The position numbers and the translations under genes are program-made. DNA of 64,000 bases from a virus. Positions 46,262-54,557 of this stretch are shown here, in pieces (position 1 is the first letter of the stretch; each line of letters opens with the position of its first letter). Location of the stretch: positions 95,387-159,386 of IMG/VR virus record IMGVR_UViG_3300005573_001166. One strand, given 5' to 3'. Under the pieces are notes generated by a model. That model did not search any database and was not told where the DNA came from. It saw only the letters and a list, made by a program, of their open reading frames with translations.

Positions 46262-46969
46262 ATGATCAGCAAATACGATATGTCAGATGAAGAGTATACG
46301 CTGAGAGTTAATAAACTCAAGGACATGGCGCGTGACCTGCATCAGATATTGCCTGTACTTGATTATAAGCTGTGTGTTATAAAGGGCAACAACGTCATAA
46401 ACACAATAGAGCGCATCAGTAGGTCATGGAATAGGAACGCGTATAACATGGCTGTATGTATAATACACTCATCCGGTCTAACTACAGGTACATTTGGGCC
46501 TGGTGTGTTAAACCTCAAGAATACGGCAGGTACTACTGTTACTAGTGGGTATGGCAGCATGCGTCTTTATGGCAGTCTTGAGAGTGTATATGGGTACTAC
46601 GGCGCTATCAGTACACTAAGGGGCATAGTTGTAGGATCAAGTGATGCTAGTGAAAACTTTGAAGGTTGGAGTTTAGGGTCAATAATAAGCAGCGGCACGG
46701 GTAGCGGTCAGCTATCCTATCAAGAATCACGCAACCCAACTATAGCATACAATTCAGGTACTAGGGAATACACTGTTACATGGAGCAGATATTTTAATAA
46801 CAACTCTAGTGGTAACGTGACAGTAAAAGAGATAGGTTTGTACGCATATGTGCATGCAACAACAACAGCTGTTATGGTAGCAAGAGACACGATTGTCCCT
46901 AGTATAGTCCTTGAGCCATCAGGGCAGCTATATACTGAGTACAATATAAGACTAGTGTTTCCTGGCTAG
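46262..46969 (+). CDS. RxFNNNSG-family virion protein, paralog B2
   Basis: SRSWNRN, RGIVVG, SGTGSGQLSYQESRNPT, RYFNNNSSG. Confidence 0.65.
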   Translation: MISKYDMSDEEYTLRVNKLKDMARDLHQILPVLDYKLCVIKGNNVINTIERISRSWNRNAYNMAVCIIHSSGLTTGTFGPGVLNLKNTAGTTVTSGYGSMRLYGSLESVYGYYGAISTLRGIVVGSSDASENFEGWSLGSIISSGTGSGQLSYQESRNPTIAYNSGTREYTVTWSRYFNNNSSGNVTVKEIGLYAYVHATTTAVMVARDTIVPSIVLEPSGQLYTEYNIRLVFPG

Positions 46970-46994
46970 GCGTTGATAGGTGGTGGGTTGACAG

Positions 46995-48365
46995 GTGGCA
47001 GATAAGATATTAGAGCTATCTATACCAGAGCCTACAATTGAACTTGGCGTACCTGTATCAGAGCATGTAACACCGTCGGCTAAAGCACTAGCACTTAACA
47101 TACCAACAACAGATATTGATGCGCCAAGTACGGTAGTTACTTCTGGGACGTCATTTACACCAACGCAAACTTTGTATGTATATGTACCAAATAGTCCAAC
47201 GTATACCATAAGTATAGAATCTGGTGCTAGTGGCGCAACACATGATTACTACGTAGATGCTCCGCCTATCACGTATGATGTTCAGTCAGTTTACAGTGGT
47301 CAGTTATATGGGGATACAGACGAAGATGTACCTATACCTAACATTGAATACTTTATTACTAACACGTTTACAGGTAAGAGCGCATCATCGTATGACTATA
47401 GGGTGCCAATAGCTACTGTCTCTTATGTTAATGAGCAAGAAACAATATTTGATTTTGATTGTGTATTGTCATATGTAGGTACAAACTATGCAGATCAGAC
47501 AGAAGCAGCTAAGAACCCTACTACTAACGATGTAGACCTTATAAGGAGCGGTGCTGGTATTGGTGACGGCATAATGTTTGGCACCTACGACCCTGACTGG
47601 TATGGTGTTACTGTAGTAGTATCAACAGCTGGTGTTGGTAACTACACAATGGTTTGGGAATACTGGAATGGAAGCAGCTGGAGTGCGGTTACTACAGTTA
47701 ATGAATATGAGTATAATAGAGTAGAAAACTTTAAGGCTACTGGCTACTACAGAGTGAAGTTTAACCCGCCCCCCTATTGGGACTTGCTGTCAATAGACCT
47801 CGGTAGCGGCAACGTTACTGATGAGTTGTATTGGATAAGGTGTAGGGTAGCTACTACCGGTGTTACCACACGTCCACTAGGCAAGCGTGTATGGGGCCGA
47901 AGGTTCAGAAGAAGGTTACTGAATACAAGGCAGACAATGAATGACGAGCCTGGCGTGCTTTGTATGACAGAAAAGCTACCAAATGGCATTATTTATGAAG
48001 TACACAAACGCGTGTATTGGCAGTTTAAGGTAGTAGATTATGTAGACTATGCGTCGCAGCGTGCATATATAAACCCAAGAGTATACCTTGGATACAAGGG
48101 CACTAAGTTCAGGAGGGTGAACAACCCTGTTGTTGAGGTAGGTAATGGATGGTACGTAGTTGAGATACCAAGACCGTATATTAAAGAGACGATAATATTA
48201 AGAGCTGTAGGCCCTGGCATAGCGCAGTGTGACCTGCGCGTTGATATGAGGAACATCATCTCATTCCACAGGTTAGTTGATGACTGGGAAGAACTCAAGC
48301 TGCTGACCTGGGGTGAGGTAAAAGAATATAAATGGGGTGAGATACTAAATGGGTATTACTTATAG
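46995..48365 (+). CDS. Putative tail/baseplate-associated protein
   Basis: WEYWNGSSW and YWIRCRV; domain shared with 42916; C-terminal W-repeat (DWEELKLLTWGEVKEYKWGEI) directly before a fibre gene. Confidence 0.55.
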   Translation: MADKILELSIPEPTIELGVPVSEHVTPSAKALALNIPTTDIDAPSTVVTSGTSFTPTQTLYVYVPNSPTYTISIESGASGATHDYYVDAPPITYDVQSVYSGQLYGDTDEDVPIPNIEYFITNTFTGKSASSYDYRVPIATVSYVNEQETIFDFDCVLSYVGTNYADQTEAAKNPTTNDVDLIRSGAGIGDGIMFGTYDPDWYGVTVVVSTAGVGNYTMVWEYWNGSSWSAVTTVNEYEYNRVENFKATGYYRVKFNPPPYWDLLSIDLGSGNVTDELYWIRCRVATTGVTTRPLGKRVWGRRFRRRLLNTRQTMNDEPGVLCMTEKLPNGIIYEVHKRVYWQFKVVDYVDYASQRAYINPRVYLGYKGTKFRRVNNPVVEVGNGWYVVEIPRPYIKETIILRAVGPGIAQCDLRVDMRNIISFHRLVDDWEELKLLTWGEVKEYKWGEILNGYYL

Positions 48366-48392
48366 TGTTATAGTAAATGGAGGTGCCACTTA

Positions 48393-51300
48393 ATGCTATA
48401 TACTGACACACTATCACTTAAACTACCGCAGTATACTGATCCAGCAGATATTGCGGATATAAACTACAACATGCTGATACTTGACAAGGCTGCAATAATA
48501 GATAACAATATAAACATTACTGGTAGGTGGGCATTCTCATCCATAACTAACACAGGCCTGAACATACTGGACACTGACGGTAGCAACACGCTAGGCATAG
48601 TACCTGGTGAGAACCTTACTACGAATAGAACACTGTCTATTATTGTCGGTGATAGTAATAGGACGCTGACGCTAAACGGCAACCTTACAGTAGGTGGTAA
48701 CGTATCATTTACCAACGGCGTACTACAGATGTCTAATGGAGGCACATCCGCTAACCTAACTGCAAGTAATGGTGGTATAGTGTATTCTACTGATACGTCT
48801 CTGTCAGTTCTAGCAGGTACTAACACAGCTAACAAAGTGCTGATGTCAGGAGCAAGTGCAGCACCTAGCTGGTCAACACCTACATACCCTAACACAGCTA
48901 CGGCAGGAAAGATACTAATAGGTAATGGAACAGATATCGTTTTGACTACAGCAGGCTACCCAAGTCAGGCAGGTACTTCAGGTAACGTTTTAATGTCTGA
49001 TGGCACTAATATAGTAAGCCAGCCACAGAGCAACATAAGTCATAGTTCACTTAGTAACCTTAGTAACAATGATCACACTCAATATGTAAATGCTGTAGGT
49101 GGAGCCCCACTTACACTTACAAGTCAATCTATAACATTTAACTATGATACAGCAGATTTCCAGTTATCAGGTAATAACCTCCAGGTTAAAGACTCTGGTA
49201 TTGACCATAACAGCCTTTATAACTATAGCTCTAACAGACATATAGACCATACTGCAGTTAGCATAAGTGCAGGTACCGGATTGTCGGGTGGAGGCACTAT
49301 TGACGTTGATAGAACGATAAGTTTAAGTCATCTAGGTATAGAAAGCCTATCAGATCCAAATGCTGACAGAATTATGTTTTGGGATGATAGTGAGTCTGCA
49401 GTCAAGTGGTTGACGGTAGGTACCGGTCTCACCATAATCGATACTACTATTACTGCTACTGGTGCAACAGACCACTCTGCATTGAGCAATTTAGATTATG
49501 CTCATGCAGGTCATACAGGATTTGAGCCTACAATATCAGTCTTAGAGTTAAGCAGAGGTGGAACAGGTAAAGGCTTAACAGCAGCTAATGGAGGTATCGT
49601 GTATACTGATGCAGATAGTATGGAGATATTATCTCCTACTACAACTGCAAATAAGGTATTGATGTCAGGAGCAAGTGCAGCACCCAGCTGGTCAACTGCT
49701 ACATATCCTAATACTGCTGGATCAAGTGGGAACGTGATAGTATCTAATGGCACGAATTTTGAAAGCGTAGCACAAAGTAACATAGATCACGGTTCTGTTG
49801 GTGGATTAAGCGATGATGATCATACACAATATTTATTAGCGAATGGGACAAGATCATTAACAGGGAATTGGGATGTTGGTGATGGTCGGACAATATCCAC
49901 AGAGAAAATATCGGCGAGAGATAGTGACGGTTTGACTTTAACTGAAGATGGTGGTAAAGGGATATTAATTCAAGACAATACTGGATACGTTGGGATCAAT
50001 AAGAGTAATCCATCATACCAATTAGATGTTAACGGTGATATTTATACAACAGGTAAGGTTTATTTAGGTGCAGATTGGAAAAAGGCATTAACTGCTTCAG
50101 AAGGAACAAAAGAGATATATGTAGCTACTACTGGTAGTGATGAGACAGGTGATGGGTCGGCAAGCAAGCCATACAAGACAATATCAAAAGCAGTATCAGT
50201 ATTGCCAAGATGTATAACAGAGCATACTTATATTAATATATCCCCAGGGACTTACAATTTAGGTACTGATGGATATGTAGACACAATAGGTATAGATGTT
50301 TGGGCGTCATTGACATTCAGAGCTAAAAATACTGATGGATATGAATTATATCCAAGTAGTCCACTGCAAGCTAACATATATAGCTCTAATACAATAGGAA
50401 ATTCAAGCTTAAGTTTGCAACCGAATTCTCTTGTTGATGGTAAAGTTTGGATTATGAATGGGACGGGTGCAGGGCAATACAGGACAATAGTAAGTAATAC
50501 TGCTACAACAATAACGGTTGGCACAGCTTGGGATACTACTCCTGATAGCACATCTTATTTTCTATATTGTGGTGGAGTGAACATACAAGGAAGCTCAGAC
50601 TTAATGCGATTAATAAGTGGTGAAATTTCTTTATTTGGTGTTATCCTCAAATCAACGGGAGGTTATGCAGTTTGTGCTTATAGCGCACCAGCTTGCCACA
50701 TTTGGTTTTGCTTCTTCAATGAGTGTAGACGATCCATCATTACCGCACGCTATAATATACTTGATTTTAGATACAATTATTTATTACAGCCAAATGATAG
50801 TTTGAGTGGCTTGATAGTGCAATCATTCGCTAACGTCTACATCTATGGCAGTATTTTCAATGGGCAATCAACGAGTTATAATACAGCTGGTATTTACTGC
50901 TCGTTACCAGGTATGCTGGTCTTTCCACCCTCTGGGACATCAATCAAGGCAACGTTTACAAACCTAAGGTATGGAGTATATGCTCCTGACTTTGATGTAA
51001 TAATCAACAAGGATGTAAATGTCACCTTTACAAATGTAACAACTCCATATTATATGGGCAAAGGTGATTTCAGAACAGCCCTTATAAGTGATGATAGCAG
51101 TAATGCTATACTTGAAATAAAGAACAACTCATCTACTTCTGATTATGACCAGCAGATTAAGTTTACTAAGGCAAGCACTACCTCTTTTTCTATTGGAGTA
51201 GATGACAGTGATTCTGATAAGTTTAAGATTTCAGCTGGCAGTGCGTTAGGGACAAATGATAGGTTAGTGATAGACACTGCAGGTAATGTTGGTATAGGGA

Positions 51301-51779
51301 CAACAACACCTGGGTATACCATTGATGTTAGTGGTAGTGCAAGAATTACTGGAACGTTGGTACTGGGTTCAGGCACAGGAGTACTCAAGGTGTCGTCTGG
51401 TACTGTATCAGTATCAAGTAGTATTGATATAGATAACATAGGTATTACAATAGATGGAGCAGGTAGCGTTATAACAACTGGGTCTAAAGGGTACAGAACT
51501 GTTGATTATAACTGTACTATATTAGGGTGGACAATATTAGCAGACCAAGTAGGGTCATGTGTAATTGATGTTAGGAAATGCACATATGATGCGTTTCCTT
51601 CAACCACATCAATATCAGGATCAGAGAAACCAACATTATCATCGGCGCAGAAGAATAGAGATATGGAGCTGAACACATGGACAACGTCTATAAGCGCCGG
51701 TGATATACTTGAGTTTGTAGTCAATAGTGCTTCAACAGTTACGAGAGTAACAGTATTATTGAAAGTGAGGGTAAGTTAG
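48393..51779 (+). CDS. Long tail fibre protein
   Basis: N-terminal TDTLSLKLP...DPADIADINYNM..LD; repeated DH..L..L..DDHTQY and NGGIVY..KVLMSGASAAPSWST; GYVGINKSNPSYQLDVNG / GNVGIGTTTPGYTIDVSG; IYVATTGSD..GDGS..KPYKTI.KA. Confidence 0.85.
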   Translation: MLYTDTLSLKLPQYTDPADIADINYNMLILDKAAIIDNNINITGRWAFSSITNTGLNILDTDGSNTLGIVPGENLTTNRTLSIIVGDSNRTLTLNGNLTVGGNVSFTNGVLQMSNGGTSANLTASNGGIVYSTDTSLSVLAGTNTANKVLMSGASAAPSWSTPTYPNTATAGKILIGNGTDIVLTTAGYPSQAGTSGNVLMSDGTNIVSQPQSNISHSSLSNLSNNDHTQYVNAVGGAPLTLTSQSITFNYDTADFQLSGNNLQVKDSGIDHNSLYNYSSNRHIDHTAVSISAGTGLSGGGTIDVDRTISLSHLGIESLSDPNADRIMFWDDSESAVKWLTVGTGLTIIDTTITATGATDHSALSNLDYAHAGHTGFEPTISVLELSRGGTGKGLTAANGGIVYTDADSMEILSPTTTANKVLMSGASAAPSWSTATYPNTAGSSGNVIVSNGTNFESVAQSNIDHGSVGGLSDDDHTQYLLANGTRSLTGNWDVGDGRTISTEKISARDSDGLTLTEDGGKGILIQDNTGYVGINKSNPSYQLDVNGDIYTTGKVYLGADWKKALTASEGTKEIYVATTGSDETGDGSASKPYKTISKAVSVLPRCITEHTYINISPGTYNLGTDGYVDTIGIDVWASLTFRAKNTDGYELYPSSPLQANIYSSNTIGNSSLSLQPNSLVDGKVWIMNGTGAGQYRTIVSNTATTITVGTAWDTTPDSTSYFLYCGGVNIQGSSDLMRLISGEISLFGVILKSTGGYAVCAYSAPACHIWFCFFNECRRSIITARYNILDFRYNYLLQPNDSLSGLIVQSFANVYIYGSIFNGQSTSYNTAGIYCSLPGMLVFPPSGTSIKATFTNLRYGVYAPDFDVIINKDVNVTFTNVTTPYYMGKGDFRTALISDDSSNAILEIKNNSSTSDYDQQIKFTKASTTSFSIGVDDSDSDKFKISAGSALGTNDRLVIDTAGNVGIGTTTPGYTIDVSGSARITGTLVLGSGTGVLKVSSGTVSVSSSIDIDNIGITIDGAGSVITTGSKGYRTVDYNCTILGWTILADQVGSCVIDVRKCTYDAFPSTTSISGSEKPTLSSAQKNRDMELNTWTTSISAGDILEFVVNSASTVTRVTVLLKVRVS

Positions 51780-51781
51780 TT

Positions 51782-52297
51782 ATGGCACAAACATGGACAG
51801 CATATTACCAAGGTATTGCGTTTGCTGCTGGTAAGAATATGGCAGCTATACTTAATTCACATGCAACTGAAGTCCTTAAGATAAGGAGAATAGGGTTACT
51901 AAACAACCAGACTGCATCAGTCACTGGTGTTACATGCTTACTTGAGTTAAGACTATATACAAGTGCGGGACTTAGCGGTCATACAGCAATTACTCCAGTC
52001 CCGCATGATAGTACAAATACAGCGCCATCATCAGCAGTATATGGTTATGCAGGCACGCCAAGTGGTACGTCATATGTACTTAGACGTGTATACTGGAGCT
52101 CAGATGAGCCTGCTATATCAACAATGACATCAGATGAACTAGAAACATACGTGCCTCTAAACATTATATGGGATGCCGGTTATGGCGATAGTAACATTCA
52201 GCCGCTTACACTTAGGCAGAATGAGATGGTATGTGTATACAACACAACTGGCGCTGCAGGTTTAGTTGATATATGGATAGAATTTACTAAGGAGTAG
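51782..52297 (+). CDS. Hypothetical virion protein
   Basis: Domain with PHDSTN...PS and LTLRQNE, related to both halves of the next ORF. Confidence 0.55.
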   Translation: MAQTWTAYYQGIAFAAGKNMAAILNSHATEVLKIRRIGLLNNQTASVTGVTCLLELRLYTSAGLSGHTAITPVPHDSTNTAPSSAVYGYAGTPSGTSYVLRRVYWSSDEPAISTMTSDELETYVPLNIIWDAGYGDSNIQPLTLRQNEMVCVYNTTGAAGLVDIWIEFTKE

Positions 52298-52301
52298 TTA
52301 A

Positions 52302-53459
52302 ATGGGTGATACATATTTCGTGTCAGTAGATACTGATGTCACTTCATTTAGAAATGAGACTAATGCGACAGGCACTAGCACCGCGGCCATGCAAAGCAAT
52401 GCAATGTTTTGTATATACAATCGTGTTGATAGTGAGTATATAGTTAAGCTGGTAAATTTGTTTATAGATGATCACTCCAGTACCGATACTACAGTTCCTA
52501 CAGCGTTATCGTTCATCAAAATATCTGGGTGTTTTGGCGGTGTTGATGTGGGTATAACTAAACACGACAGCAACAGCAATAACCTACCAAGTCAGGTAGT
52601 AATAAGGAAATATGCGGGTGTAAACAGTAGTAGTACTATTAGAAGGGTTAACATACCAAATGGCATTATAGTATCTGACACCCGTGGTATTAATGCTCTA
52701 GTAGGAGCAACACATAATATTGGTGGTAGGGTCTCACTTAACTACCACTACAACGCTTTATCATCTGAATGTCAGAGGGTAGTGATAAGAGAGGGTGAGG
52801 GAATAGCGCTTACATGCGACTCAGCTCCCGCTAACTTCCCATTAGATATAAATATAACTATGTCCATTAGCGGCAGCACGTATACAGTAAGTGATGTAGT
52901 AACATTTAACAGCTCAGCGCCACTTATTGCTATATATAATGGGTCCGGTAGTGGTGTAACAATAAATATTGACAGCATTTGTGTTCACCAGGTTATGAGG
53001 GCATTATCCATCAGGAACATGTACTTACAGTATGTATCGCATGTCTATAGTGGTAACAGTGTAGCTCCAATTAAAATGGACAGCACTCTCAGTGATATTA
53101 GTAATGGCGTTCAGATACTCACTAATTGTACTACAATACAAAGTGGGTCAGACTCTGTGTATGGACGTTTACCATTGTTTACACCTGACGCTACACCAGT
53201 AATAGGCGCAGTCCTACCAACTGTCGGTGTTGGCCCAAACTTAGCAACTACTAGAATGTTGATGCCATCATGTCATTACATATTTAGATCTAGATGTACA
53301 GAAGATGCGTTGGTTATAAGGCAAGGTGAGGGTATTGCTCTGTACCAGCAGGGTAGCAGCGCAGGATGGGGCAGATACACAGTAGCTGCTGTACTTGATA
53401 TAACGTTTGTAGGTGGTGGCGGTGGCAGCGGTGGCGGTGAAACTAGCCATGTACTGTAA
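52302..53459 (+). CDS. Hypothetical virion protein, two tandem copies of the 51782 domain
   Basis: KHDSNSNNLPS...VIREGEGIAL and KMDSTLSDIS...VIRQGEGIAL; Gly-rich tail. Confidence 0.55.
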   Translation: MGDTYFVSVDTDVTSFRNETNATGTSTAAMQSNAMFCIYNRVDSEYIVKLVNLFIDDHSSTDTTVPTALSFIKISGCFGGVDVGITKHDSNSNNLPSQVVIRKYAGVNSSSTIRRVNIPNGIIVSDTRGINALVGATHNIGGRVSLNYHYNALSSECQRVVIREGEGIALTCDSAPANFPLDINITMSISGSTYTVSDVVTFNSSAPLIAIYNGSGSGVTINIDSICVHQVMRALSIRNMYLQYVSHVYSGNSVAPIKMDSTLSDISNGVQILTNCTTIQSGSDSVYGRLPLFTPDATPVIGAVLPTVGVGPNLATTRMLMPSCHYIFRSRCTEDALVIRQGEGIALYQQGSSAGWGRYTVAAVLDITFVGGGGGSGGGETSHVL

Positions 53460-53514
53460 CTTTATGTAGGTCATATAGGGTTGAGCTATTATTAGCATGG
53501 TGGAGAGGTGTGTT

Positions 53515-53949
53515 ATGAGTATTGATATGTACAACAATCTTAAGGGTATGGTTGATGGTAAGACAACCGTTTACATAATACTTGGTGATACAGATATTGT
53601 CGGCCGTAGGATAAGGCGCGTGGCTTTACTACAGGAGAAGGTAGCATATGGTATAGACATTGAAGGTAGTATAGGCGCAGGTGTTGAGGGTATAGGTAGT
53701 GACATTATAGTATCTGAGAGTGAGCGTATTACTATAGAGCTGGATGGTGATACTATAAGGACCTACTCACCAAGTGATATTTATTTATCATACGATGACG
53801 CTAAGGCTGAGCTAGCTAGGCGTATATCAGCTACGATTGACAGCTTACTGGCGTCTGGGGCTAATGCTGGTGTTAGTATAACATTGAGTGAGAGGGCACT
53901 ATCCCTATTTACAGCCCAGGCCAGTGGGAAGCAGCTTATTTATAAGTAG
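53515..53949 (+). CDS. Hypothetical protein, paralog of 40395..40739
   Basis: See 40395. ATG 53515 follows GGAGAGG (the track start is 53497). Confidence 0.6.
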   Translation: MSIDMYNNLKGMVDGKTTVYIILGDTDIVGRRIRRVALLQEKVAYGIDIEGSIGAGVEGIGSDIIVSESERITIELDGDTIRTYSPSDIYLSYDDAKAELARRISATIDSLLASGANAGVSITLSERALSLFTAQASGKQLIYK

Positions 53950-54003
53950 TTCTGTGTAATTATATGTAGAGGATATTTCAACAAAAGTAGAGGAGGATAT
54001 TCG

Positions 54004-54222
54004 ATGAGTATAAACGTCAATTTTACTCAGAATGAATTAGTAGCTATTTTTCAATTATGTCGTAATTATAAGGTAGGATTGTATACGGATGAGTATTACC
54101 TTATTAAGGGTATAATGGATAAAATTATAGCATCGGGTGTATTAAATAGTGCAGGTGCAAGTGGAACAGCCAATCCTCAAACCGTTACACCTGATACGCC
54201 AGCTGATATTACTGGAGTATAA
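54004..54222 (+). CDS. Small hypothetical protein
   Basis: Strong RBS GAGGAGG; 72 aa. Confidence 0.55.
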   Translation: MSINVNFTQNELVAIFQLCRNYKVGLYTDEYYLIKGIMDKIIASGVLNSAGASGTANPQTVTPDTPADITGV

Positions 54223-54298
54223 AGGAAGCTATGTAGAGGTGCAAGGGGTTTTGCAAATTTTCTGTAAGTTTGCAGACTCCTTTTAGGAGAAAAGAACG

Positions 54299-54523
54299 AT
54301 GCAAATAAAGAATTCTTTTGATAAAGAAACAAAGCAGAAAATATTGAAGTCTTTAGGTCTTACGGTTTTATCGGGTGTTGCTGCCTTCCTTACTTCTCTG
54401 TCTACAGGTAGTGATCCTAAATCGGCAGCTTTAATAGGTGCTTCCACAATGGTAACTTTTATAGTTAATACTGTTAAAGAATATACTGCTGGAGAACCTG
54501 CCTCAAAGCAAACAGATGATTAA
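54299..54523 (+). CDS. Probable holin (two transmembrane helices)
   Basis: 74 aa; KILKSLGLTVLSGVAAFLTSL and AALIGASTMVTFIVNTVKEY. Confidence 0.6.
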   Translation: MQIKNSFDKETKQKILKSLGLTVLSGVAAFLTSLSTGSDPKSAALIGASTMVTFIVNTVKEYTAGEPASKQTDD

Positions 54524-54557
54524 ACTTTCAATTTCCTTTTCTAACTAGGAACCAATC

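Noticed and set aside
43941-46969. Diversity-generating retroelement TR/VR pair
   Set aside because: No reverse transcriptase in the window. The shared patch is 52 bp with one mismatch and both copies are mid-gene; the other duplications differ at all base types.
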